64,000 bases of DNA from Mustelus asterias (lineage: Eukaryota). Of this stretch, positions 46,388-58,448 are shown piece after piece (the first letter of the stretch is position 1; each line of letters begins with the position of its first letter). The position numbers were made by a program, and so were the translations under genes. The notes under the pieces are model-generated. The model ran no database searches, had not been told where the DNA came from, and was given only the letters and a program-made list of their open reading frames with translations. Location: NCBI RefSeq assembly GCF_964213995.1, contig NW_027590156.1:186001-250000 (forward strand), given 5' to 3'.

Positions 46388-47615
46388 AAAGAACAAAGAA
46401 CAGTACAGCACAGGAAACAGGCCCTTCGGCCCTCCAAGCCTGTGCCGCTGCTTGGTCCAACTAGACAAATCGTTTGTATCCCTCCATTCCCAGGCTGCCC
46501 ATGTGACTATCCAGGTAAGTCTTAAACGATGTCAGCGTGCCTGCCTCCACCACCCTACTTGGCAGCGCATTCCAGGCCCCCACCACCCTCTGTGTAAAAA
46601 ACATCCCTCTGATATCTGAGTTATACTTCGCCCCTCTCACCTTGAGCCCGTGACCCCTCGTGATCGTCACCTCTGACCTGGAAAAAGTTTCCCCCTTCAT
46701 AATCTTGTACACCTCTATTAGATCTCCCCTCATTCTTCGTCATTCCAGGGAGAACAACCCCAGTTTACCCAATCTCTCCTCATAGCTAAGACCCTCCATA
46801 CCAGGCAACATCCTGGTAAACTTCTCTGCACTCTCTCTAACGCCTCCACGTCCTTCTGGTAGTGCGGCGACCAGAACTGGACGCAGTACTCCAAATGTGG
46901 CCTAACCAGCGTTCTATACAGCTGCATCATCAGACTCCAGCTTTTATACTCTATACCCCGTCCTATAAAGGCAAGCATACCATATGCCTTCTTCACCACC
47001 TTCTCCACCTGTGTTGCCACCTTCAAGGATTTGTGGACTTGCACACCTAGGTCCCTCTGTGTTTCTATACTCCTGATGACTCTGCCATTTATTGTATAAC
47101 TCCTCCCTACATTATTTCTTCCAAAATGCATCACTTCGCATTTATCCTGATTAAACTCCATCTGCCACCTCTCCGCCCAACTTTCCAGCCTATCTATATT
47201 CTGCTGTATTGCCCGACAATGCTCTTCGCTATCCGCAATTCCAGCCATCTTCGTGTCATCCGCAAACTTGCTGATTACACCAGTTACACCTTCTTCCAAA
47301 TCATTTATATATATCACAAATAGCAGAGGTCCCAGTACAGAGCCCTGCGGAACACCACTGGTCACAGATCTCCAGCCGGAAAAATACCCTTCGACCACTA
47401 CCCTCTGTCTCCTATGGCCAAGCCAGTTCTCCACCCATCTAGCCACTTCTCCTTGTATCCCATGAGCCTTAACCTTCTTAACCAACCTGCCATGTGGGAC
47501 TTTGTCAAATGCCTTACTGAAATCCATATCGACGACATCCACGGCCCTTCCTTCATCAACCGTTTTTGTCACTTCCTCAAAAAACTCCACCAAATTTGTA
47601 AGGCACGACCTCCCT
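46388..47615 (-). mobile_element. CR1 LINE, 5'-truncated
   Basis: ORFs 46730-47638 and 46461-46733. Confidence 0.95.
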
Positions 47616-48384
47616 GCCTTTCGAAGAGAAACTCCCAATTCAAGAACAAAGTGAGGACCTGTTGGTGAAGGAAGGAGTCGTTATGCCGCTGTTCCACGTC
47701 TGATATCAATTATGGACTCCTTCCCACTATAGTTCAAAGGAAAGAACATGTGTTTGTGGCAAGATGCTTCAAAAGTATTCCTGCCGCTTAACAGCAAAGA
47801 TACCAGCTGTCACTGTACATTCAGTTGTACAATCTTAAAGTATGAACACTTCCACTAATGAACGCAGGATTCATCTCAATGGCACCTCTGTTTAAAATTA
47901 ATATCTACAATCGGGTTAGTTATTGTTTTTACAAAGAGCCATGACCTTCGGAGATTGGAATTTTTAAAAGAGGGAATAATGTCAGCGCTTCCAGTAACTC
48001 GACACTCAGGTGTTCAAAGCACGGGAGCAAAGTTCAGACAGCAGGTTGACGGTCCCCAGGAGATATGCAAAGCTAGTTCTCATTAACTACAATTAAATAC
48101 CAGCCGGCTAGGAAACCCTTTCATTGTCACTTCCACCCATAAAAGAAATGAACAGAGTGCTGAGATGGTTACAGTGCAATAATTCAGAAGGCAGCTCTCA
48201 AAGGGGGTTTTCATTCACATGTTCACATGTGTTCCCATATCAGAAACACCTTCTCTCACTCGCTCTGCCCTCTGACTAATATCAGGCTCCAATCCTTCCA
48301 CATGCCGATGTTTTTGTGATGATTATTGACTCCTTTACCATCTCTAAAACATTGAGGCAAATTGGGTTCAAGCATTCAACTTAT

Positions 48385-48628
48385 CATAGACTCTCTTCAG
48401 TGCAGAAGAAGACCATTCGTCCCATCGAATATGCGCCGATCACAATCCCACCCAGTCCCTATTCCTGTAACCCCACATATTTCCCCTAATCCCGCAAACA
48501 CTAAGGCGTAATTTTCCATGGCGGATCAACCTAACCTGTACATTTTTGGATTGTGGGAGGAAACCGGAGCACTCGGAGGAAACCCATGAAGACACTGGGA
48601 GAATGTGCAAACCACACAGACAGTGACC
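48385..48628 (-). mobile_element. HE1-type SINE
   Basis: gtgggaggaaaccggagcac core in reverse complement. Confidence 0.85.
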
Positions 48629-48631
48629 AAT

Positions 48632-50088
48632 ACAAAGAACAAAGAACAATACAGCACAGGAACAGGCCCTTCGGCCCTCCAAGCCCGCGCCGCTCCCCGG
48701 TCCAGGATTGAATCCTGAATCCAGGATCCCGCCCAATTTTCCAGCCTACCTACATACCAATATCCTATCCACCGAGCTGTCCCTCACAGCTACGATGCTT
48801 TGTTCATTACAACCTATTAACTCACCCCCACCCCCCCATTCCAGACCATGTGATCTCCAGGGAGAGGCGAAAACCCAGAGTGAAAAACCCCAGGGCCAAT
48901 ATGGGGAAAAAAAACCTGGGAAATTCCTCTCCGACCCCCTGAGGCGATCGAAACGAGTCCAGGAGATCACAATGGCCCTGATCGGAAAATGCTTCCCAAC
49001 CCTAGTCATTTCCACTTCCACGAACACCATATGAATTCCCTGCCCCCGAGACAGGTTCCCAACTATTCGCAGTCTCGCTCTGTACTGGCACCAGCAAGAT
49101 GATCATAGAATGAAGCCTTGAAACGAGAAACAAGGAACAATTAGCCCGCGCCGCTCCCTGGTCCAAACTAGACCACTCTTTTGTATCCCTCCATTCCCAC
49201 TCCGTTCATATAGCTGTCTAGATAAGTCTTAAACGTTCCCAGTGTGTCCGCCTCCACCACCTTGCCCGGCAACACATTCCAGGCCCCCACGACCCTCTGT
49301 GTGAAATATGTCCTTCTGATATCTGTGTTAAACCTCCCCCCCTTCACCTTGAACCTATGACCCCTCGTGAACGTCACCACCGACCCGGGGAAAAGCTTCC
49401 CACCGTTCACCCTATCTATGCCTTTCATAATTTTATACACCTCTATTAAGTCTCCCCTCATCCTCCGTCTTTCCAAGGAGAACAACCCCAGTTTCCCCAA
49501 TCTCTCCTCATAACCAAGCCCCTCCATACCAGGCAACATTCTGGTAAACCTCCTCTGTACTCTCTCCAAAGCCTCCACGTCCTTCTGGTAGTGTGGCGAC
49601 CAGAACTGGACGCAGTATTCCAAATGCGGCCGAACCAACGTTCTATACATCTGCAACATCAGACCCCAACTCTTATACTCTATGCCCCGTCCTATAAAGG
49701 CAAGCATGCCATATGCCTTCTTCACCACCTTCTCCACCTGTGACGTCACCTTCAAAGATCTGTGGACTTGCACACCCAGGTCCCTCTGCGTCTCTACACC
49801 CTTTATGGTTCTTCCATTTATCGTGTAGCTCCTCCCTACATTATTCCCACCAAAATGCATCACTTCGCATTGATCAGGAGTGAACTCCATCTGCCATTTC
49901 CTTGCCCAAATTTCCAGCCGATCTATATCCTTCTGTAGCCTCTGACAATGTTCCTCACTATCTGCAAGTCCGGCCAGTTTTGTGTCGTCCGCAAACTTAC
50001 TGATCACCCCAGTTACTCCTACTTCCAGATCATTTATATAAATCACAAACAGCAGAGGTCCCAATACAGAGCCCTGCGGAACACCACT
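48632..50088 (-). mobile_element. CR1 LINE with extended 3'UTR
   Basis: ORF 49168-50064; extra 438 bp between 23-bp direct repeats in the 3'UTR. Confidence 0.93.
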
Positions 50089-50189
50089 AATGACCGGGAT
50101 TATACTTTAATTAGTCCCTGCTATAAACTTCATCCCGCTCCCTGAAAACTGGCTGAGGTTAAACCATAACGTTCACAACCACAGTATCA

Positions 50190-50352
50190 TATTTAACCTC
50201 AAGCCACATCATCACCGAGGCCAACTATTTCCACCTCAGTCACATCAGCCAATTCCGCCCTATTCTCAGCTGATCTTGTGCTGAAGGCATCACCCCTTTC
50301 CTTAGTTACCGCCAGACTTAACTATCTTATCACACTCTCACCTGCCTCCCCG
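50190..50352 (+). mobile_element. L2 LINE fragment
   Basis: YFHLSHISQFRPILS...AE....LVTARLNY pattern of the L2 ORF2 C-terminus. Confidence 0.65.
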
Positions 50353-50364
50353 GTAATCTTGAAG

Positions 50365-53078
50365 AAATCCAGAACAGATGGAGAATAATGGAGGAAAATG
50401 TGACCTTTTCCACTTTGGCAGAATAAACAGAAAAACAGGGTATTTTTTAAATGGCGAGAGATTGCCAAACTCTGCTGTACAGAGCGATCTAGGAGTCCTG
50501 GCACATACATCACAAAAAAGTGAGTAGACATGAGTAGACAGAATAGGATGTGCCTGAAAAAATGAAGGATAGGAAGGGTAGAATTCGAGAACCGTGGATA
50601 ACCAGAGAAATTGAGGGATTGGTCAAAAAGAAAAGAGAGGCGTACGTTAGGTCCAGGCACCTAAAAACGGAGGGAGCTCTGGAGGAATACAAAGAAAGTA
50701 GGAAAGAACTCAAACGAGGAATTAGAAGGGCAAAAAGGGGTCAAGAAGTGTCCTTGGCAGACAGGATTAAGGAGAATCCCAAGGCATTTTATTCATACGT
50801 TAGGAACAAAAGGGTTGTCAGGGAAAAAGTCGGACCTCTCAGGCACAAAAGTGGGGAATTATGCTGAGAGCCCAAAGAAGTCGGGGAGATCCTAAATGAA
50901 TACTTTGCGTCGGTATTCACAAAGGAGAGGGATGTGTTGACTGGGAGTGTCTCGGAGGGGAGTGTTGACCCGTTCGAGAAAATCTCCATTACAAGGGAGG
51001 AAGTGTTAGGTTTTTTTAGGGAATATAAAGACTGACAAATCCCCAGGGCCTGATGGAATCTATCCCAGGCTGCTCAGGGAGACGAGAGATGAAATCGCTG
51101 TGCCTCTGACGCAAATCTTTGTCTCGTCATTGGACACAGGTGAGGTCCCAGAGGATTGGAGGATATCTAACGTGGTCCCGTTATTTAAGAAGGGTAGGAA
51201 GGATAACCCAGGAAATTATAGGCCGGTGAGCTTGACGTCCGTGGTAGGGAAGTTGTTGGAGAGGATTCTTAGAGATAGGATATATGCGCATTTAGAAAGG
51301 AATAAACTCATTAACGATAGTCAGCATGGTTTTGTGAGAGGGAAGTCATGCCTCACTAACCTGGTGGAGTTTTTTGAAGAAGTGACTAGAATGGTTGACG
51401 AGGGAAGGGCCGTGGATGTCGTCTATATGGACTTTAGTAAAGCATTTGACTAAGTCCCTCATGGTAGGTTGGTGCAAAAGGTTGGATCTCATGGGATAAA
51501 GGGGAAAGTGGCTAGATGGGTGCAGAACTGGCTTGGTCACAGAAGACAGAGGGTGGTAGTGGAAGGGTCTTTTTCTGGCTAGATGCCTGTGAGTAGGGTG
51601 TTCCGCAGGGCTCTGTATTGGGACCTCTGCTGTTTGTGATTTATATAAACGATCTAGAAGAAGGTGTAACTGGGGTGATCAGTAAGTTTGCGGACGACGC
51701 GAAAATGGCTGGACTTGCAGATAGTGAGGAACATTGTCAGAGGCTACAGAAGGATATAGATCGGCTGGAAATTTGGGAAAGAAATGGCAGATGGAGCTCA
51801 ATCCTGATCAATGCAAAGTGATGCATTTTGGTAGAATTATACGATAAATGGCGGAACCATAAAGGGTGTAGATACGCAGAGGGACCTGGGTGTGCAAGTC
51901 CACAGATCCTTGAAGGTGATGTCACAGGTGGAGAAGGTAGTGAATAAGGCATATGGCATGCTTGCCTTTATAGGATGGGTCATAGAGTCTAAAAGTTGGG
52001 GTCTGATGTTGCAGTTGTACAGACCGTTGGTTCGGCCGCATTTGGAATACTGCGCCCAGTTCTGGTCGCCACACTACCAGAAGGACGTGGAAGCTTTAGA
52101 GAGAGAGCAGAGGAGGTTTACCATGATGTTGCCTGGTATGGAAGGGCTTGGTTATGAGGAGATATTGGGTAAACTGGGGTTGGAAAGACGGAGGATGAGG
52201 GGAGACTTATTAGTGGTGTATAAAATTACGAATGGCATAGATAGGGTGAACGGTGGGAAGCTTTTTCCCAGGTCGGTGGTGACGTTCACGAGCGGTCATA
52301 GGTTCAAGATGAGGTGGGGGAGGTTTAAAACGGATATCAGAAGGACGTATTTTACACAGAAGGGGTGGGGGCCTGGAATGCGCTGCCAGGCAAGGTGGTG
52401 GAGGCGGACACACTGGGAACGTTTAAGGCTTATCTAGATAGCCACATGAACGGAGTGGGAATGGAGGGATACAAAAGAATGGTCTAGTTGGGACCAGGGA
52501 GCGGCGCGGGCTTGGAGGGCCGAAAGGCCTGTTCCTGTGCTGTATTGTTCTTTGTTCTTTTTGTTCTTTGATTAGCAAGTGTTCCTTATTGCAAAGGGAA
52601 CAGGATGTGAAAGCAGGGATGTTTTATTGCAGTTGTACAGGGTGTTGGCAAGGCCATATCTGGAATAATGTACAGTTTTGGTCTCCTCACTTATGATAGG
52701 ATATAATTATATCAGAAGCAGTTCCGAGATGGTTCACTTGACTGATTTCTGGGATGAGGAAGTGTCTCAGGAGGAAATATTGGACAGATTGGGCTTGTAT
52801 CCATTGAAGTTCAGAAGAATGAAGCAATCTTATTGAAATGTTTAAGATCTTGAGGGGACTTAGCAGTATAGATGCTGAGAGAGTGTCTTCCCTTGTATGA
52901 GAGACGAGCACTTGAGGAGTTAGATTAAAAATACTGGGCCCAAGATGTAAGAAAGAGAGGAGGAGAAATATTTCCCCTGAGACGGTCATTAGTCTGTGGA
53001 ATTCTCTTCCCTGGAGAGCAGTGAAAGCAGAGTTATTGAATATTCTTTAAAGGCTGACTTAAATAGAGGCTTGATTAC
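50365..53078 (+). mobile_element. Older CR1 interrupted by a younger CR1 (~50540-52570)
   Basis: ORFs 50550-50867, 51100-51453, 51618-51821 and 51892-52437; the older copy resumes at ~52571. Confidence 0.92.
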
Positions 53079-53340
53079 CAGTATTGCTGTGGTTTCAAAT
53101 TGTGTAACACGAATGTCGTTTAACACAAAAGTTTAGGACATTCAAAACAGACAAAGCAATTGATGAGGATTCAAACTAAAGTTCGGATTATTTCCGTGCA
53201 TACGTCCATGTAAATTTAAGTATATTATAATAAGATTAATAGGAACAAGAAAAAATACAGCAGCATAATCCTGCAACAAGATCCTTCAGTGATCTGAGAA
53301 TTTACTGATCTCCCAAGCAGAGGCCATTTACCTCACGTCA

Positions 53341-53355
53341 CCACCAGAGGGAGCT
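53341..53355 (+). promoter_or_regulatory. CTCF-like motif
   Basis: CCACCAGAGGGAGCT, one mismatch to the core. Confidence 0.5.
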
Positions 53356-53397
53356 CTCTCACATGTTTTGTGTTCACTGTATCAGGAGCGGGTTCCA

Positions 53398-53852
53398 TTA
53401 CGCAGTGACATAGGGAGACATAAATCAGGAGAATTGGATTAATTATTGGATTACACAGTGTAATGTAGGAGTACTGCTTTAATTGTGGGATTACACAATG
53501 ACATGTTACAGAGCAGAAATCCAGAAGAACTGGATTAATTGTTGGATTAACAGTGATATGTTACAGAGCAGTAATACAGGAGAACTGGATTAATTCTGAG
53601 AATACACAGTAATATTTGACAGATCATTAATCCAGGGGAACTGAATTAATTGTTGGATTCCAATAATATGTTACAGAGCAGTAATCCAGGGGAACTGGAT
53701 TAATTGTTGGATAACACAGTGATATGTTACAGAGCAGGAATCCAGGGGAACTGGATTAATTGTTAGAATACACAGTGATATGTTACAGAGCAGAAAACAC
53801 GGAGAACTTGATTAATTGTTGGACTACACAGTAATATTTTACAGAGCAGATA
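53398..53852 (+). repeat. Minisatellite, 56-bp unit, about 8.5 copies
   Basis: Consensus ttacacagtgatatgttacagagcagtaatccaggggaactggattaattgttgga. Confidence 0.95.
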
Positions 53853-54468
53853 TGGATGCTGAATTTGCTGATGACACAAAGATAGATAGGAAAATAAATG
53901 GTGAAGAGGATGTAAGGAGACGATAAAGGTATATAAAAAGCTGAAGTGAGTGGGCAAAGCTCCGCCAAGTTGGCAAATGTGAAACTGTCCATTTTCGCAG
54001 GAAAAAAGTAAAATACGGTTAATATCTAAATGGTGAGAGATCACAAAATTCTGAGGTACAGTGAGACTGGGCTGTCCTAGGGTGTGAATAAAAAGGGGCC
54101 AATATACAGGTACAGCAATTAATTAGAAACGTCATAAAATGTTATCATTTATTCCGAGGGAATGTATTATAAAATAGGAAGGACCATAAATTCGTAAGAT
54201 ATAGGAGCAGGATTAGGCGATATGGCCCATCAAGTCCGCTCCGCCATTCAATCATGGTTGATATGCTCCTCATCCCTATTTTCCTGCCGTCTCCCCATAA
54301 CCCTTCAACCCATTACCAATTAAAAATCTGTCTAACTCCGCCTTAAGTTTACTCTGTGTCTCAGCATCGACCGCACTTTGGAGTAGCGAATTCCACAAAT
54401 TCAAAACCCTTTGGGAGAAGTAGTTTCTCCTCAACTCTGTTTTAAGTTTGCTACTCCTTCTCCGAAGA
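53853..54468. mobile_element. CR1 fragments (old plus-strand RT piece, then minus-strand 3' end 54182-54468)
   Basis: FADDT motif at ~53864; ccataa/gtaagatatagg tail and 3'UTR. Confidence 0.8.
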
Positions 54469-57186
54469 CAGGGGCCTCCAAACTTTTCAGGACGAGGGCC
54501 ACGTCGTATATTTTACACATTTTCGGGGGCCAAAGAAAAAAAATAGTTTTATAAATGAATGAATAAAATTTAAATGAATGAATAAGTTTTATTTGGATCA
54601 TCTTTGTAATCAGGATGATATGGTTCAGAACAAAAGAGAAATGTGACAATTACAAAGAAACAATGCCATGCTTACACTGAGAGAAGATATATAATGAGTA
54701 AAAATATCAAACATTAGCAAATGCTCTGACGAAATAATCAATTACTTAACTGCAGATGAGAAATGCAGGCTATTCATTTTTTGATTTATTTTATTTACTG
54801 AAATTTTACAAATGTTTACTTGAAATGAGAATTTGCCCAATTTTGTGGCACACAATGAGAAAAATAAACACAGCCCAAGAAAGAACTTCAGTAAAACAAG
54901 GCAAAGAAATTCAAAATAAACTTGAACCATTCATGAAGGTCGAACAAAAATAAATTGAGTCTGCACCTTTCTACACAATTCTGGCAATTGGAGTTTTCAT
55001 TCGTAACCAACAAATCATGAAGTTTTGCACAAGATTAATGGGAATGATGGAACTGCTTTTTAAATTTCAAAATATTGCTGAACTGAGGTTTCAAGCTTGA
55101 AATTTTTGAAAATGTTCGATGACACAGGTACGTTGTACCAAAAACTGATACAAACCCACAAGCAAATCGCTTCAAATTTGGAAACCGGTCAGGCTGCAAA
55201 GATTTATAAATTTGGATCAGATTTCCTTCTTTATACTTGTGTTTCAGCATGTCATCTGATTGGAGATCAATAATTTCCATTTGAAACTGACTTGGGAGTG
55301 TTTCAACATTGCAGCCAAATGGATTTTGAAACAGCTTTATTTCATCTGTGTTTCCATCAAGATCAGAACATCGTTCCTGAAATTGGTTTTGCAAGTCCTT
55401 AATGATTTATGTTGCAAATGAAGAAGGAAATTCTGCTTCAAATTCTTCATGAAATTTTTCACAACATGGAAAATGAACCAAGTTATGAACTTTCAGCTGT
55501 CCTTGAAATAGCACCAGTTTTGCCCTGAATGCCTTGACATCCGCGAATAGATCACAAATCAATTTGTTTCACCTTGCAACTTCAGATTCAATTGATTCAC
55601 ATGGCCTGTCACGTCTGCAAAAAATGTCAATTTCCAAAGCCAGTCAGTGTTTGATAAAAGTGGTCCGGGTCGATTCTTCTGTGTGAGAAAGGACCATGAT
55701 AGAACCTTTTCACAACTAAGCCATCGAACTGCTGTATAATAAGGCAAGTCACCGAACTCAGAATCAGTTTCTTTCAGAAAATCACGAAACTGGCGATGAT
55801 TAAGCCCATGAGATAGAATGAAATTCACTGTTGGAACAACAGGTTTCAGAACGCAAGACAGATCCACATATTTTCCACACAATGCTTGTTGATGGATAAT
55901 GCAATGCAGAAAAATAGGCTTTGAGAATTCACCAACCTCACAAGCTTTTGTGATTTGTCCAACCAAACCTTTCTTCACCCCAGATATGTTCTTTCCTCCA
56001 TCAATTGTCACGCATTGCAGTTTATTCCACTCCAGGTTACATGATAACACAGTTTTTTTGCAATTCTTTGAAGATGTCTTCTCCAGTTACTGTGCTGTGC
56101 ATGCTATGCACTGATGCTAATTCTTGTGTCACATTAAATTCACGGTCGACGCCACGGATGAATACTAGGAGTTGTGATGTGTCACACACATCAGTCGATT
56201 CATCCAGTGCGAGAGAATACAACTGAAAATGTCTTGCTTTGTCTGCAATTTGATGAATTATATTGCTTCCTATATCCTCAATTCTACGAGCAACAGTATT
56301 TGGTGCAAGAGCGATGATTTTGAACAGATTTGCTTTTACTGGGCATAACTCTTCCACTGCTTCCATTATACACTCTTTGATGAGATCTCCATCGGTGAAT
56401 GGCTTTTCTCTTTTAGCCAACACATAAGCTAGTTTGTAACTGGCCCTGGTTAAAGCTTCATTTTCAGTTATCTTCTGCGTAAAAAAAGTTTGTCGGGAAA
56501 GGAACCTGCTTTGCATTGATTCAATTTTTTCCGAACGCTGTGTTCCTGTGAATTGGGAATAACTTGGTTCATGTTTGGTCTCAAAGTGCCGAAGTACATT
56601 GTACTCCTTCAAAACTGCAACAGTGTCGTTGCATATGGCACACAAGGCTTTATCACCTGCTTGTACAAGGAAGTACTTTACACCCCATTCTTCATTAAAC
56701 AGGCGGCATTCACTGTCCACTTTTCTTTTTTTTTCCTTCCATAGCCGAATTGGTCTGAATTACCGCCATCATTGTCATTGTTCTCGCTCATTTCAGACAG
56801 CCGGAGCTTACGGATTGGATAAAGCAGCTGCCACTCAGTCACTGCAGAGCGGCAATTGGATAACAGATGTCTCAATTGCTGATTCGTATAATGAACTGTC
56901 AGTCACAGGACGGCAGCTCTGATTGGAGAATAGGCCGGTAAAGAGGGCGGGGATTCCTATGGGTCCATCAGACACCGTGCGGAGCGGCAGCAAATGTCCG
57001 GCCTGTGGCTTCCGTCCCCGCGTCCGGATCCTGAGTCAGCGGCGGGGTTCCGGACGCGGGAATGTTTTCGGCAGCGGGAATCCCGTCCCGCCCCACTGGC
57101 TGCGGGCCAGATGTAGCCCGCTGCGGGCCGGATGTGGCCCGCTGCGGGCCGGATGTGGCCCGCGGGCCGTAGTTTGGAGACCCCTG
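54469..57186 (-). mobile_element. hAT (Charlie/SPIN-like) DNA transposon, 2.7 kb
   Basis: 16-bp TIRs caggggcctccaaact and caggggtctccaaact; three subterminal gcgggccggatgtggccc-like repeats at ~57100-57168; no clear 8-bp TSD. Confidence 0.92.
55035..56742 (-). pseudogene. hAT transposase (GTF2IRD2/SPIN-like), frameshifted
   Basis: KVDSECRLFNEEW..CAIC..RHFETKH zinc finger, SLALDESTD, TIDGG, HCIIHQQALC, VRWLS and FGTTYLC split over three or more frames. Confidence 0.92.
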
Positions 57187-57426
57187 GCCGAGTTAAAACG
57201 ATAAAGTCAACCCCATTGCCACCCAGATTTTTCCTTGTATCCCCATCTCTATCGCCAGCGCTTTGCAGCCTATTACTGTCCTTCACTATCTGTGTTTGCT
57301 TTTGCCCTGTTGCTCATGTGACATTTCCAACTCGGACACAACATGACAAATCTCAATCTAATGATTCTCACTGAGCTGTTTCGATCAGGAAGCAATTCAG
57401 GTTTGTTAAACGGATTATCAAAAACT

Positions 57427-57498
57427 TTAAACTTGAGTATATCGAAGCCGATCTATGACCCTGAAAGTGTCGAATCCTAACTACTCGACCACCAGGGT
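57427..57498 (-). pseudogene. Decayed tRNA-Glu(TTC) copy
   Basis: ccctggtggtcgagtagttaggattcgacactttca resembles the tRNA-Glu 5' half; shares flank tcgatcaggaa with the 58152 copy. Confidence 0.6.
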
Positions 57499-57802
57499 CT
57501 TATCTTCCTCATTCTCCCAGATCTTGAGTACAGGAATATGCACTGTGCCAATCAAGCACAGTCGCATTCTCTTTCTAGTCTTTCGCACGTTGCTTAGCTT
57601 TGAAATTGTTCATCTTTTCACATTAGCTTCCAGCGTGCTAAAAAACGAGCTGTGATCAGCTCAAGTTTTTCAACAGGTTTACCACAATAAGTTTTATCAC
57701 AGAATGATGCTGACATTGCTCTTTATATGTGGTGAGCTACAATGAAGTTTAATGCAGTAGAAGGTATCTCACTTTTTCTGAGACGATGTACCAGCAATTG
57801 CA

Positions 57803-57990
57803 ATGATGTGAAGATACCGGCGTTGGACTGGGATGGGCACAACATGAAGTCTCATAACACCAGGTTAAAGTTCAACAAGTTTATTTGCTCCGGTAATAAA
57901 AGAAAATTGCTTTATTTTATCAGCACTCCGAAAGCTCGTGATTCCAAATAAACCTGTTGGACTTTAGCCTGCTGTTCTGAGACTTCTCAA
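57803..57990. mobile_element. Penelope-terminus-derived fold-back element
   Basis: gaagtctcataacaccaggttaaag...tttatttg / caaataaacctgttggacttta...gagacttc inverted arms. Confidence 0.75.
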
Positions 57991-58151
57991 TGTAAATACG
58001 AATTGTTGTCGATAAGTGACAGCATTGTGGAATAAGGCTGATTTCTTCCTCCCTGCTGCTCAACCTGGTAGAAGTATCACACCCGTTTTCGATCAGGAAA
58101 CAATTCCAGCTCCTCCTAATTCATGTGCTGCATGAGAGCAATGAATCATCA

Positions 58152-58223
58152 TTCCCTGACTGGGAATCGAAAACTGGCTGCGACGGTGAAATCGCCGAAT
58201 CCTAACCACGAGACCAACAGGGA
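58152..58223 (-). tRNA. tRNA-Glu(TTC), probable pseudogene
   Basis: 72 nt tccctgttggtctcgtggttaggattcggcgatttcacc...ttcgattcccagtcagggaa; B-box and anticodon-loop substitutions. Confidence 0.8.
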
Positions 58224-58376
58224 CATTAATGTGATCAGCACATTACTGGCCATGTGTGTGTGTGCGTCTGTGTGTGTGTGTGTGTGTGTGCGTGCATGGT
58301 GTGTGGGGCGGGGAAGGGGGGGAGGTGCGGGGAAGGGGGGTGGAAAAAGGCCTCATGCCCCAGAACAATCCATGCC

Positions 58377-58448
58377 TGTTTCATGGTGTAATGGTTAGCA
58401 CTTTGGATTTTGAATCCAGCCATCCGAGTTTGCATCTTGGTGGAACCA
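58377..58448 (+). tRNA. tRNA-Gln(TTG), probable pseudogene
   Basis: catggtgtaatggttagcactttggattttgaatccagc...ggtggaacc; T-loop mutated. Confidence 0.8.

Larger units (their letters stand above)
44380..48620 (-). repeat. Inverted segmental duplicate of ~18550-22930 (V5 unit)
   Basis: Unique flanks align in reverse complement, e.g. 18700-18840 with 48240-48385 and 22870-22930 with 44380-44450; HE1 SINE at the same site. Confidence 0.9.

Noticed and set aside
53398-53852. CRISPR-like array or true D-segment cluster
   Set aside because: Eukaryotic DNA, no unique spacers, and no opposing 5' RSS flanking short coding pieces.
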